From Planctomycetota bacterium (GTDB lineage Bacteria; Planctomycetota; Phycisphaerae; Phycisphaerales; UBA1924), in the NCBI GenBank assembly GCA_039033175.1, contig JBCCDD010000007.1:59817-123816 (forward strand): a stretch of DNA of 64,000 bases, in the 5' to 3' direction. Shown here piece after piece: positions 49,905 to 60,139 of this stretch. The notes under the pieces are model-generated. The model saw only the letters and a list, made by a program, of their open reading frames with translations. It made no database searches and was not told the origin of the DNA. Each line of letters opens with the position of its first letter. Positions within the stretch are counted from its first letter, which is position 1. The position numbers and the translations under genes are program-made.

Positions 49905-52288
49905 ACGCGCCGACGACCGCCCCACTTCCCGCGCCGGCCGAGCGTTCCCCCCTCGATGTCCTGCTGGGCCTCGACCGGGTGCGCCTGGGCGACCCGAACG
50001 CGGCGCTGGAGTTCGCGTTTGCGCTGCCGGGCTGGGCGTGGGTCGGAGCGGCGGTCGCGGCCGGCGGGCTCGCCTGGGCCGGGTACGCCGGTCTGATCGG
50101 GCCGCGCTCGTGGCGGGCGGTCCTCGCGGGCGTGCGCGCGGCGCTGATCCTGCTTGTGCTGCTGCTGCTGACCGGGCCGGCGTTGGTTGTGCGCGAGACA
50201 TCGATCGAGCCGGACAGCGTGCTGGTGCTCGCGGATCGCTCGCTCTCGATGACGATGCCGGACGGGGCATCGACGCGCGACGCGGCGTTGCGCGAGCTTG
50301 TCGTCAACGGTGCGGGTGCCTGGAACGAGGCGGCGCAGACGCGGGACATCCGCTGGCTGGGCTTCGCCGCCGGGGTGTTCGATCTCGACGCGCCCGCGCC
50401 GAGCGAGGTCAGCGCGAGCACCTGGGCGATCCCCGCGCCCGAGGGCACCTCAACGGCGATCCACGCCGCGCTCGGCGAGGCGATGCGCCGCGCCGGCGGT
50501 CGACCGGTCGCCGGCATCGTCGTCATCAGCGACGGGCAGTCCAGCGACACGCTCGAAGCGGCGACGCTGCGTCGCCTCACGGGGGCGCGGGTGCCGGTCT
50601 ATGTCGTGCTGCTGGGCGAGACCGACGGGCCCGGCGATGCGCGCATCGCTTCGGTCGACGCGCCGTCCTCCGGCTGGGCGGGCGATCCCGCGGCGCTGAG
50701 CGTGCGCATCGAGGCGTCGGAATCGGCTTCGCTCTCGGGCACGCTGCGCCTCATCGACGAGACCACCGGCGCGGTGCTCGACGAGCAGCGGGTCGACACC
50801 GCCGAGAGCCCGAGCAACGCCGACGGAGCGGAGCGAGCGACCGTCGCCGAGCGCACGCTCCTGGCCCGCGTGCCCGACGAGGCGGGCGCCGGAGCGGGCG
50901 CATGGCGGGTCGAGTTCGTGCCCGACCTGCCCGACGCGATCGAGGCGAACAACACACGCACGCTGACCATCCGGCGTGTCGACGAGCCGTTGCGCGTGCT
51001 CTACATCGACGGGTACCCGCGCTGGGAGCAGCGTTACCTCAAGAGCCTGCTGCTGCGCGAGCCGACGATCGTGAGCGCGAACCTCCTGCTCGGGCCCGGG
51101 CGCCGGTACCTGCAAGAGGGCGACGAGACGGTCGCGACGCTGCCCGAGACGCCAGAAGAATGGGCCGCTTGGGATGTCGTGGTGCTGGGCGACGTGCGCC
51201 CCGAGCTGTTCGGGCAGACCCAACTCGCGGCGCTGCGCACACACGTGAGCGAGCGCGGCGGGGGGCTGCTGTGGATCGCCGGTCCATCGGCGACGCCCGG
51301 AGCCTGGAGCGCGACGCCGCTCAGCGACCTGCTTCCGATCGACGCGTCTGACAGCGGGCCGGGCGTGTGGGACCGCCCGGTGGTCCTGGAGCCGAGCGAC
51401 GAGGCGCGGCGCCTGGGCGTGCTCCGCCTGGGCGACGACGGGCGCAGCTGGCCCGACGCGTTGCGCGCACACGAAACCGGCTGGTCGCGCCTGCGCTGGG
51501 CTCAGCGGATCGAACCCGAGGCGATGAAGCCGGCCAGCGAGGTGCTCGCACGCGCGGTCGATGACCGCGGCGCCGCCTCGCCCGCGCTGATCCACATGCG
51601 CTTCGGCAGCGGGCGGGTCCTGTACGTCGCGACCGACGAGACCTGGCGCTGGCGCTACGGGCGCGGCGAGGACCTGCAAGAGCGGTTCTGGCTGCCGCTT
51701 GTCCGCCTGCTCGCGCGCGACGCCACGGCGGGCGACGCGCCGGCGCCGGTCACCCTGCGCACGGCCCCGGCGGAGCCTGCTGTGCAAGAACGCGTCACCA
51801 TCACGGTTGATGTGCGCGATCAATCGTTGCTGGGCGTGCTGGGCGATCGCATCGAGGCGACGATCAGCGACCCCGAAGGGCGCTCGCGGGAGCTGTCGCT
51901 GCGCACGGGCGAGGGGTCGAGCCTGCGCCGGCGCTACAGCGGCGCCTGGGTCCCGCCCGACGCGGGCACGTACACGCTGCGGATCAGCGAGCCGCTGCTC
52001 GCGGGCATGGGGCTCGATCGAGAGCTCGTCGTCCGGCGCGGCGACGAAGAATTGCTGCACCCCAGGCCCGACCACGGGTTGCTCGAACGCCTGGCCGAAT
52101 CGACCGGGGGCGAGGTTGTGCCGCCCGGTGATTTCGCCTCGATCCCGGCGCGCCTGGGCGATCGGCGGATTGTGAGCGAGGGCGTTCGGGCGCGAGAGAC
52201 ACTCTGGGACTCGCCGTTGTCGTTGATCCTGATCGCGTTGCTGCTGGCGGGCGAATGGGTCGGACGGCGCCTGATCAGGCTGGTTTGA
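49811..52288 (+). CDS. vWA-domain membrane protein (BatA/BatB-like). The true start is probably an alternative start near 49900 that overlaps the previous gene's end.
   Basis: N-terminal TMs (AVAAGGLAWAGYAGL..., AALILLVLLLLTGPALVV). MIDAS VLVLADRSLSM (DxSxS). C-terminal TM LSLILIALLLAGEWV. Confidence 0.6.
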   Translation: MAAAGRGPARGDRDRAGTGRKPRVAVGGVALNAPTTAPLPAPAERSPLDVLLGLDRVRLGDPNAALEFAFALPGWAWVGAAVAAGGLAWAGYAGLIGPRSWRAVLAGVRAALILLVLLLLTGPALVVRETSIEPDSVLVLADRSLSMTMPDGASTRDAALRELVVNGAGAWNEAAQTRDIRWLGFAAGVFDLDAPAPSEVSASTWAIPAPEGTSTAIHAALGEAMRRAGGRPVAGIVVISDGQSSDTLEAATLRRLTGARVPVYVVLLGETDGPGDARIASVDAPSSGWAGDPAALSVRIEASESASLSGTLRLIDETTGAVLDEQRVDTAESPSNADGAERATVAERTLLARVPDEAGAGAGAWRVEFVPDLPDAIEANNTRTLTIRRVDEPLRVLYIDGYPRWEQRYLKSLLLREPTIVSANLLLGPGRRYLQEGDETVATLPETPEEWAAWDVVVLGDVRPELFGQTQLAALRTHVSERGGGLLWIAGPSATPGAWSATPLSDLLPIDASDSGPGVWDRPVVLEPSDEARRLGVLRLGDDGRSWPDALRAHETGWSRLRWAQRIEPEAMKPASEVLARAVDDRGAASPALIHMRFGSGRVLYVATDETWRWRYGRGEDLQERFWLPLVRLLARDATAGDAPAPVTLRTAPAEPAVQERVTITVDVRDQSLLGVLGDRIEATISDPEGRSRELSLRTGEGSSLRRRYSGAWVPPDAGTYTLRISEPLLAGMGLDRELVVRRGDEELLHPRPDHGLLERLAESTGGEVVPPGDFASIPARLGDRRIVSEGVRARETLWDSPLSLILIALLLAGEWVGRRLIRLV

Positions 52289-52318
52289 TGCGCTCATTTC
52301 GGCGATGATGGAGCACGA

Positions 52319-55300
52319 GTGACCACAGCCCCGAACACGATCGAGAGCCTGCTGCCCCGCATCGCGCCCGCGCGTGCGCGCATCGCTCGCCTGCGGATGA
52401 TGCTCGCGGGCCTGATCGGCCTGCGCACGCTGGCGATCACGATCGCGGTCGGCGGGGGGGCGCTCGCGCTGCTGATGCTGCTCGACGGGGCGCTGCGCTT
52501 GCCGCGGTCGGTCCGCCTGCTGAACTTCACGGCCCTCTCGATCTGGACCGCCGGCGGCGTTGCCCGCGCGGTGTGGGGCGTGCTGCGCACCCGGCTGACG
52601 CTCGTCGACCTCGCGCTGCTTGTCGGTCGAGACGAGGGTGAACGCATCGCCTCGGCGATCGACCTCGCCGACCAGCCCGCCGGCGATGATCCGGTCGGCG
52701 AAGCGATGCGCGTGCGGGCGGTCGAACGGCTTGCGCGAGAGCTCGGGGGCGGGGCGGGTCGGATCGGGCGCGCCGTGCGTACGCCGCGGGTCTCGGTCCC
52801 GCTGCTCGTCGCGTGCGCGGTCCTGCTGGGGCTCGGCGGGTTTGCCTGGCGGGCGCCCGCGTCGGCGGGCATCGCGTTCGCACGCTCGCTCGCGCCGTGG
52901 TCCGACGCGGCATGGCCGACGCGCGTGCTGCTGGAAGACCGCACCGAGGGCAGGGCGTTGGCGCAGGAGGCCGACCGGGTGCGCCCCGCGGACGAAGCGC
53001 TGCTGCTCTCGGGCGCCGCCGGCTGGCGCAGCGAGAGCCAGGATGATCTGACGGTCATCGCGCGTGTGCGTCTGAGCGGCCCGGGGGCCGCGGAGCGTGC
53101 GCGCCGCTGGACGCGTTACGTCCTGACGCCTCAGGCACGCGAGACGAGCCTCACGAGCGCCGCGGGCGATCGCATCGCGGGGCGGCTGCACGAGCGCCTG
53201 ATCGATGCGGGCGGGCTGGGCCTCACGCCGGATCTGGAGGCGGTGCTCGAGTATGAGCTGTCGGCCGAGGACGCCGCCCCCGTGCGCGGGCGGGTGCGCC
53301 TCGTGCCGCCCCCGCGGGTGAGCGCGCTGCGCGCAACGATCACGCCACCTGCTTATGCGGCGGGTCTGGAAGGTGTGCCGAGCGGTGAGGTCGATCTGCT
53401 TGCGCGGGGCGAGCCGGCGCAGGCGCTGGAGGGCTCGAGGATCGAGCTGCGCTGGTCGGGGGCGCGGGCGGTGCCCGAGGGCGGCACGCCGGACTGGGCG
53501 ACCCTGCTCGACGCGCCGGACGCGCGGATTGAGGCCGATCGAGGCGAACGCGGCGTTGTCGACGGGGTGACCGGCGGGGTGGTCAGCTTTGAGGCCCGTC
53601 GCGACGTGCGTGCAGAGCTCGCGCTGCGCGATGAGCACGGGATCGCGAGCCGTGAGCCGGTGTTCCTGCTGCTCGATGCGTTGCCCGACGGGCCGCCCGC
53701 GGTCGTCGTCACCGAGCCAACGCGGGATGAGCCCGTGCTCGCGACCGCCCTGATCACCCTGCGCGCCGAGGCGACAGACGATCTCGCGTTGCACACAATC
53801 CACATCGAAGCACTGAACCTGCGGCTGTCGAACCTGCGCACGAACGACGGGGAGAGCAGCACGGCGCCGGACTGGGCCGCTGCGACCAGGCTCGGCGAAG
53901 ACGTGCTCACGCGCCGCCCGCGCGAAGCGGCGCTGGAGGCAACGCTCGATCTCGACACGCTCGGGCTCGTGCCGGGCGATGAGGTCTGGGTCGCCGGCGT
54001 CGCGCTCGATCTGCGCCAGCACGACGCGGGCGAGGCCGGGACCCGGAGCACGCCCCGGCGGCTGCGGGTGATCACGCCCGAGGTGCTCGTCGAGCAACTG
54101 CGCACCGATCTCGCCGGCGTGCGCGCGGCGCTCCGGCGGCTCGACGAGACACAGCGCGATCTCGAAAACGAACTCGACGGGCGCGGCGCGACCGCGGGCC
54201 TCGGCGCACGCCAGCGGTCGCTCGCCGGGCGCATCGGCGAACAACGCGAGCAGCTCGAGGGCGTGCTGGATCGCCAGGCCCGCAACCGCCTCGACGACGG
54301 GGCGCTCCGGTCCGTTGCCCAAGGGGCGGCGTCGCTGCTCCGCGAGGCGGCGGATGCGGCCGAGCAAGCGGCCTCAAGCGCCGCGGCGGGCGACAACCAA
54401 GCGACACAGAGCGGGCAGGAGCGGGCACGCGACCGCCTGGGCGAAGCGGCCCGCCGCCTCGACGAGGGGCAAGACGCGTGGCAGGCCAGGCGATCGCTCG
54501 AGCGCCTGCTCGACGAACAGCGCGACCTGCTCGAACAGACGCGGGAAGCCGGCGACCGGCTGCTCGGACGCACGCGCGAAGAGCTCACGCCCGAGGAGCG
54601 ATCGACGCTTGACGAGCTCGCCGATCGCCAGAGCGAGGCCGCCGAGCGGGCGCGTGAGTCGCTCGACGAGCTGACCGACCGCGCCGAGGCCCTGCGCGAG
54701 AGCGACGGGGTGCAGTCGGCCGCGCTCGAGGCCGCCGCCGCACGCGGGCGGCGCAGCGCGCTGGGCGAGCGTCTCGAACAGGCGGCCGAAAACCTGAGCG
54801 CCAACCAGTCGGGCGAGGCGCAGCAGGAACAGCAGGCCGCCATCGAAGCGCTCGAGCAGATGCTCGCCGACGTCGACGACGCGAACCGCAACCGCGACGC
54901 GGCACTGCGCCGCCAGATCGCGACGCTGCGCTCGTCGATCGAGGGCCTGATCTTGCAGCAGGAACGCGAGATCGCGCGGCTCGACGAGGCCGAGGCGTCG
55001 GGCGGGCCGCTGTTGCCCTTGCGGGACGGCATGGAGCGCCTTCGCGTGAACACGCTGGGCGTGCGGGCCGACGGCGAGGGCGGCTTCGGCGAGCTGCGCG
55101 ATGCCGCGGCTGCGCTGGACGCGGCGACCGAGGCACAGGGGCGGGCCGTGGCGGCGCTCTCGGGCGTGCCGGGCGATACCGAGGGCGCGCGGGCGGACGA
55201 GCTGCGCAGCCTCGGGGCCCTGCGTCGTGCGCTGCGTGAGGCCGAGCAGGCCGACGAGGACGCCGCCGAACGCGAACGCGACCGCGTGCAACGCGAGCTG

Positions 55301-55978
55301 CGCGAGGCGTACCGGGAATCGCTCGAGCGCCTGCGGGCGCTGGTCGAGCCGACGTCGTCGCTGCTGGATCGGCCGCTCTCGCGCCGAGAGCGCAGCGAGG
55401 CTCGGCGGGTCTCGGGCGAGCACGCGTCGATCGCCGATGCGCTGCGAGCCTTGCCTCAGGAGTATCCGGCCTTGAGCGAGGCGCCGGTGCTCGAGTTCGC
55501 CCACCGGCGCCTCGACACGCTGCTGGATGGCATCGCGGGCGACCTGCGGGGCGCGCCCGTCGCGGGCGCCGTCGCGATGCGTCAGGGGCAGGCGATCGCG
55601 CTGCTCGAGACCTTGCTCGAAGCGCTCGACCCGAACAACAGCAGCGATGACTTTGAATCGGGCGGTTCCGGCGGCGGCGGCTCGGGCGGGGCGCCCGGCG
55701 AAGACAACCCCGTGCCACCCCTGGCCGAGCTGCTCATCCTCCGCGGCATGCAATCGCAGCTCGCCGAGGCGACCCGGACCGCGGGCGACGCGGGCGATGG
55801 TGCCTCGCTCGACGCGCTCGCGGATTGGCAACGCGAACTGGGCGAACAGGCCCGAGAACTGCTCGAGCGTGCGCGCGAAGACGCCGGCGGCGGGCCGCCG
55901 AGCGGGCCGGGTCAGATCAAGCCGCTCGGCGAACCGGAAGCATCCGACGGCGGTACAACAAGCGTGGAGGGCGCGTGA
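52319..55978 (+). CDS. 1219-aa membrane protein with N-terminal TMs and an extended Arg/Glu/Ala/Leu-rich coiled-coil C-terminal region (hypothetical; possibly a BatD/DUF4175-type partner)
   Basis: TMs at about aa 25-55 and 60-85. Around 700 aa of heptad-like ExxxRxxLE repeats. It ends in a Gly-rich acidic tail. Confidence 0.55.
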   Translation: MTTAPNTIESLLPRIAPARARIARLRMMLAGLIGLRTLAITIAVGGGALALLMLLDGALRLPRSVRLLNFTALSIWTAGGVARAVWGVLRTRLTLVDLALLVGRDEGERIASAIDLADQPAGDDPVGEAMRVRAVERLARELGGGAGRIGRAVRTPRVSVPLLVACAVLLGLGGFAWRAPASAGIAFARSLAPWSDAAWPTRVLLEDRTEGRALAQEADRVRPADEALLLSGAAGWRSESQDDLTVIARVRLSGPGAAERARRWTRYVLTPQARETSLTSAAGDRIAGRLHERLIDAGGLGLTPDLEAVLEYELSAEDAAPVRGRVRLVPPPRVSALRATITPPAYAAGLEGVPSGEVDLLARGEPAQALEGSRIELRWSGARAVPEGGTPDWATLLDAPDARIEADRGERGVVDGVTGGVVSFEARRDVRAELALRDEHGIASREPVFLLLDALPDGPPAVVVTEPTRDEPVLATALITLRAEATDDLALHTIHIEALNLRLSNLRTNDGESSTAPDWAAATRLGEDVLTRRPREAALEATLDLDTLGLVPGDEVWVAGVALDLRQHDAGEAGTRSTPRRLRVITPEVLVEQLRTDLAGVRAALRRLDETQRDLENELDGRGATAGLGARQRSLAGRIGEQREQLEGVLDRQARNRLDDGALRSVAQGAASLLREAADAAEQAASSAAAGDNQATQSGQERARDRLGEAARRLDEGQDAWQARRSLERLLDEQRDLLEQTREAGDRLLGRTREELTPEERSTLDELADRQSEAAERARESLDELTDRAEALRESDGVQSAALEAAAARGRRSALGERLEQAAENLSANQSGEAQQEQQAAIEALEQMLADVDDANRNRDAALRRQIATLRSSIEGLILQQEREIARLDEAEASGGPLLPLRDGMERLRVNTLGVRADGEGGFGELRDAAAALDAATEAQGRAVAALSGVPGDTEGARADELRSLGALRRALREAEQADEDAAERERDRVQRELREAYRESLERLRALVEPTSSLLDRPLSRRERSEARRVSGEHASIADALRALPQEYPALSEAPVLEFAHRRLDTLLDGIAGDLRGAPVAGAVAMRQGQAIALLETLLEALDPNNSSDDFESGGSGGGGSGGAPGEDNPVPPLAELLILRGMQSQLAEATRTAGDAGDGASLDALADWQRELGEQARELLERAREDAGGGPPSGPGQIKPLGEPEASDGGTTSVEGA

Positions 55979-56655
55979 TGCGGCGCACAACGGCCTGGAA
56001 TCTGATCGTTGCCTCGGCCCTTGCCGGGGGCGCGATCGCGCAGGATGCGGCAACGGACGAACCGCCCGAGCCGCGCGGGGTGCCCTCGCTGCAAGAGCTG
56101 CTGGGGCTCGAAGGCGACCCGAGCGGAACGGACACCGGGGAAGCGGCGCCGGGCGCACCGACGGCCGCGGAGGCCGAGCTCGATCAAGCCCTCTCGCCCG
56201 GCGCGTCGGGCGATCGGTTCGAGCAGGCGGTGGCGCTGATGGACCTGGCCGCGGCTCGCCTGGGCGATGCGCGCGACGCGGGGCGTCAGACGCAACGCGT
56301 GCAGGCGGACATCCTCGCGAAGCTCGATCAGGTGATCGCCTCGGCGCGGGAAGGGCAGGGCGGGTCATCGAGCAGCTCGTCGGGGTCGAGCGGCTCGAGC
56401 GGGTCGCAACAGGGCTCGCAGCAATCGAGCGCGCAGAGCGACGCCGCGGGCGACGGCAACTCGGCGGGCACGCCCAGCGACGACACCAACGCCGACCCGC
56501 GCGGCCTCGCGGCGCCGGATGCGTCTTCGTGGGGCGCGCTGCCCGATCGTGTGCGCGACGCGCTGACCCAGGGCCTCGCCGATCGGTACAGCACGCTGTA
56601 CGAGCGCATGACGCGCGAGTACTACCTGCGCCTGGCCGAGGAGGGATCGCGGTGA
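55978..56655 (+). CDS. Secreted Ser/Gly-rich hypothetical protein
   Basis: Its ATG overlaps the upstream stop (TGATG). Signal peptide MRRTTAWNLIVASALAGGAIAQDA. Confidence 0.5.
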   Translation: MRRTTAWNLIVASALAGGAIAQDAATDEPPEPRGVPSLQELLGLEGDPSGTDTGEAAPGAPTAAEAELDQALSPGASGDRFEQAVALMDLAAARLGDARDAGRQTQRVQADILAKLDQVIASAREGQGGSSSSSSGSSGSSGSQQGSQQSSAQSDAAGDGNSAGTPSDDTNADPRGLAAPDASSWGALPDRVRDALTQGLADRYSTLYERMTREYYLRLAEEGSR

Positions 56656-57719
56656 AACACACGCTCGTGCGCCGATCGGCGATGGTCATGGCGGTGGCGG
56701 CGTGCACGCTCGCGAACCGAGGCGTTGCGCACGCACAGGAGAGCGCGGCGTCATCGCCCGCGGCGGGCGAGATCGTCGCCGGTCTCGACGGCTCGATCGA
56801 GCGGGGCCTGGCGTACCTCGCGGCAAACCAGGACCCCGACGGCGCATGGTCGGGCGGGCGCTTCGGGCGCAACGTCGCGATCACCTCGGTCGCGTGCATC
56901 GCGCTGCTCGCCGACGGGCACGCGCCCGGGCGGGGCGCCTACGGCGAAGCGGTGCAGCGCGGGCTCGACTTCGTGCTCAGCGCCGCGGCCGAGAACGGCC
57001 TGATCGCCGCCGACGCGGCCAACGGGCCCATGTACGGGCACGGCTTCGCGGCGCTGTTCCTGGGCGAGGTCTACGGCATGACCCGCGGGGGGGGCGACAC
57101 GGCCCAGAGCCGACGCCTGCACGATGCGCTCGTCCGCGCCGTCCGCCTCATCGAACGCACGCAGAACGACGAGGGCGGGTGGCGCTACAACCCCGTGCCC
57201 TACGACGCCGACGTCAGCGTGACGGTCTGCATGGTCATGGCGCTGCGCAGCGCGCGCAACGCGGGCATCGAGGTCGATGCGGGGGTGATCGATCGGGCCG
57301 TCGAGTACGTCCGGCGCTGCCAGAACCCCGACGGCGGCTTCAAGTACCAGCTCCAAGGCGGGTCGAGCGCCTGGCCCCGCACCGCCGCGGGCGTCGCGAC
57401 GCTGTTTTATGCGGGCATCTACAGCGATGACTCGATCGACGAGGGCCTGGCGTACCTCAAGCGGGCCGCGGGCCCGGCGTCGAACACATCGACGCGCGCG
57501 CACTACTTCTACGGGCACTACTACGCCGTGCAGGCCCACTTCCTCGCCGGCGGCGAACACTGGGCCTTCTGGTGGCCCGGCGTCCGCGACGAACTGCTCG
57601 GGCGCCAGCTCGCCGACGGCTCGTGGGAAGACCGCTCTGTCGGCCCGGCGTACGGCACGGCGATGGCGCTCATCGTCCTCCAGATGCCCAAACGCTACCT
57701 GCCGATCTTCCAGAAATGA
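56652..57719 (+). CDS. Secreted prenyltransferase/squalene-oxidase-repeat protein
   Basis: GTG start overlapping the upstream TGA, with a GAGGAGGG RBS. Signal peptide MVMAVAACTLANRGVAHAQE. Repeats QDPDGAWSGG, QNDEGGWRY, QNPDGGFKY, QLADGSWED. Confidence 0.65.
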   Translation: MKHTLVRRSAMVMAVAACTLANRGVAHAQESAASSPAAGEIVAGLDGSIERGLAYLAANQDPDGAWSGGRFGRNVAITSVACIALLADGHAPGRGAYGEAVQRGLDFVLSAAAENGLIAADAANGPMYGHGFAALFLGEVYGMTRGGGDTAQSRRLHDALVRAVRLIERTQNDEGGWRYNPVPYDADVSVTVCMVMALRSARNAGIEVDAGVIDRAVEYVRRCQNPDGGFKYQLQGGSSAWPRTAAGVATLFYAGIYSDDSIDEGLAYLKRAAGPASNTSTRAHYFYGHYYAVQAHFLAGGEHWAFWWPGVRDELLGRQLADGSWEDRSVGPAYGTAMALIVLQMPKRYLPIFQK

Positions 57720-58918
57720 TGCTTCCCCAGGCGCTCATTCCGGGTCTTCTGCCGCTGCTGCTCGCCGGCGCAACCGCGCTGTCGGGCGCCCAAGACGCCC
57801 CGCGCGCGACGCACACGCTGCTCGACGCGCAGCGCGGATATCTCGACATCACGCTCCGATCGATCGACGACGGTGCGCTCGTGCACAGCGGCGTCGGCGG
57901 GCGCGATCGGCGGGTCGACCTCTCCGACGTGCTCGCGCTGGTGCCGGCTCACGCACAGGCGGGCGACGCGCCATCCGCACCGCTCGCGCCGGACATCGAG
58001 AACGGCACCGTCGTCTTCGAGCTCACCGATGGCTCTCGCGCCGCCGGCGTATTGCTCGCACCGGGCGACGACACCGTCCTCGCCCGCGTAGCAGGCCTGG
58101 GCGAGCGGGGCCTGCCCATCGGTTCACTCGCCCTCGTCCGGGTCGACCAGGCGGGCGATGCAAAGCTCACGCAGCTGCGCTCCAGCACCGAGGCCGGTGA
58201 GAACTCCGACGACCGCGTCCTGCTGCGCAACGGCGACGTCGTCGAGGGCTTTGTGCTCGCCCTGGGCGCGGGCGGCGTCGAGATCGATACCGACGGGCGG
58301 GTGCGGACGATCGCCCTTGAGCTCGTCGCGGGCATCGCCTTCGCCAACCCCGCGACGTCTTCGGCCGTCCCGCTCGCGGGCCTCGCCGACGGGCGCGTTG
58401 TCGCGATCGGCGTTGATGCCCCGCTCGCGGTGCCCGCCGGCTCGATCGAGCCCGGCGAGCTGGTCTGGCTCGCGGCGCCGGGCGAACGGGTCACCGCCCT
58501 GGCAACGCTCGCCGCCCTCGAACCGCGGCCGCCCGAGCCCGGGCTCCGCCGGCGCTGGGTGCCCGAGACGGCGATCGCCAGCCCGCGCGACACGCCGGGC
58601 GGGCTGGGCGAGATCGTGCTCAACGGCCCGCAACGCTGGACGCTCGACCTGCCCACGAGCGGCGTCCCCCGGCGCCTGGGCCTGCGCGTCGGCGTGCCCG
58701 ATTCGCCCTGGAGCGATCTCCGCCTCACCCTGCGCACCGCAGAGACGGTGCTGGCCGACCTGAGCCTCAGCGGCGCCGGCGAGCGCGCGCGGGACCTGCT
58801 GCTCGACCTGCCCCCGGGCGCACGCACGCTCACCTTCGAGATCGGGGAAGGGCGCTTCGGGCCGGTACGCGATGAGCTGCGCATCCGCCTGGGCCACCTC
58901 GCCCCGATCGCGGAGTAA
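57716..58918 (+). CDS. Secreted hypothetical protein (last gene of the operon)
   Basis: Its ATG overlaps the upstream stop (ATGA). Signal peptide MMLPQALIPGLLPLLLAGATALSGAQ. No known motif. Confidence 0.5.
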   Translation: MMLPQALIPGLLPLLLAGATALSGAQDAPRATHTLLDAQRGYLDITLRSIDDGALVHSGVGGRDRRVDLSDVLALVPAHAQAGDAPSAPLAPDIENGTVVFELTDGSRAAGVLLAPGDDTVLARVAGLGERGLPIGSLALVRVDQAGDAKLTQLRSSTEAGENSDDRVLLRNGDVVEGFVLALGAGGVEIDTDGRVRTIALELVAGIAFANPATSSAVPLAGLADGRVVAIGVDAPLAVPAGSIEPGELVWLAAPGERVTALATLAALEPRPPEPGLRRRWVPETAIASPRDTPGGLGEIVLNGPQRWTLDLPTSGVPRRLGLRVGVPDSPWSDLRLTLRTAETVLADLSLSGAGERARDLLLDLPPGARTLTFEIGEGRFGPVRDELRIRLGHLAPIAE

Positions 58919-58936
58919 GGCCCGAGCCGGCCGCGC

Positions 58937-60124
58937 TCACCGGATCTTGATCGTCGCGAGCCCGATCAGCGCAGCGAGCACGCTGATGATCCACATCCGC
59001 GCCACGACCTGCTGCTCGGTCCAGCCGCCCATGTGCAGGTGGTGGTGATACGGCGCCACACGGAAGATCCGCCGCCCCGTGCCCGTGCGGGCGCGCGTCC
59101 ACTTGAACCAGCCGACCTGGAGCACGACGCTGCCGATCTCCGCCAGAAACAGCACGCACATGAGCAGGACGACGAACTCCTGGCGGATCGCCAGGGCGAT
59201 GTATGCGATCAGCCCGCCGATCGCGAGGCTGCCGGTGTCGCCCATGAAGACCTGCGCGGGCGAGGTGTTCCACCACAAAAAGCCCAGGCACGCCCCCGCC
59301 ATCGCCGCGGCAAGGACCGCCAGCTCCGCGCTGAACGCGACGTGCGGCACCAGGAAATATTGCGCGAGCCCGCTCGAGCCCGCGACCAGCGCGAGCAGCA
59401 CCAGCCCGATGCTCGCGACCGCGCTCAGCCCGCTGGCGAGCCCGTCCATCCCGTCGGTGATGTTGACCGCGTTGGACATCCCCGCGACAAACAGCACGAT
59501 GATGAAGATAAACGCGGCACGCCCGAGATAGATCAGCCCCTCCGCCGGCCCCCCGCCCCCGGGCTCGTAGGTCCGCTGCCCGGGCATGTTGACGACGTGC
59601 TGCATCGACGCGCCGTCCTGCCCGAGGCCGTGGCGATAGAGGAAGAACCCGACCAGCAGCCCGATGCCGAGCTGGAAGACGAGCTTCTCCCACGCCAGCA
59701 GGCCCTGGCGCCCGTCGCCGCGGCTCGCGGCTGTCAGCTTGAGCCAGTCGTCGAAGCCGCCGACAACCCCCAGCCACAGCAGCACGACCAGCCCGAGCTG
59801 CACATGAAAACGCGAGAGGTCCGCCAGCAGCAGCGTCGCGATGAGGATGCCCCCGCCGATGAGCAGCCCCCCCATCGTCGGCACGTTGGCCTTGCTCTTG
59901 GCGTGCGCACGCAAGGCCTCGGCGTCGGTCTCGCCCGTGTCGCCCAGCTTCATCGCGATCAGGCGGCGGATCGTCGTGGGCCCGAAGACGATCACGAGCG
60001 CGAACGCGAGGAACCCCGCGGCAAACGCCCGGAACTCGACCTGATCGAGCAGCCCGAACGGGCCCCCCAGCAGCCAGTCGGCCTTGGTCCACTCGCGCAG
60101 CCACTGGAGGATGAGGTAGAGCAT
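58937..60124 (-). CDS. mraY: Phospho-N-acetylmuramoyl-pentapeptide transferase
   Basis: Polytopic membrane protein with NVPTMGG and the DDxxD-like / NxxNxxDGxDGL motifs (NAVNITDGMDGLA). Confidence 0.88.
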   Translation of the reverse strand: MLYLILQWLREWTKADWLLGGPFGLLDQVEFRAFAAGFLAFALVIVFGPTTIRRLIAMKLGDTGETDAEALRAHAKSKANVPTMGGLLIGGGILIATLLLADLSRFHVQLGLVVLLWLGVVGGFDDWLKLTAASRGDGRQGLLAWEKLVFQLGIGLLVGFFLYRHGLGQDGASMQHVVNMPGQRTYEPGGGGPAEGLIYLGRAAFIFIIVLFVAGMSNAVNITDGMDGLASGLSAVASIGLVLLALVAGSSGLAQYFLVPHVAFSAELAVLAAAMAGACLGFLWWNTSPAQVFMGDTGSLAIGGLIAYIALAIRQEFVVLLMCVLFLAEIGSVVLQVGWFKWTRARTGTGRRIFRVAPYHHHLHMGGWTEQQVVARMWIISVLAALIGLATIKIR

Positions 60125-60139
60125 GGTCGCTGCCGCAGC

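Noticed and set aside
50450-54367. Very long ORFs antisense to or overlapping confident genes. Examples: 1305 aa at 50450-54367(-), 1024 aa at 22801-25875(+), 841 aa at 54374-56899(-), 816 aa at 17170-19620(-), 805 aa at 13520-15937(+), 725 aa at 6728-8905(+), 708 aa at 5226-7352(+), and 561 aa at 2253-3938(+).
   Set aside because: At about 70% GC, stop codons are rare in all frames. The translations are Arg/Ala/Gly/Pro-rich low-complexity with no motifs. Each lies opposite a gene with clear family signatures.
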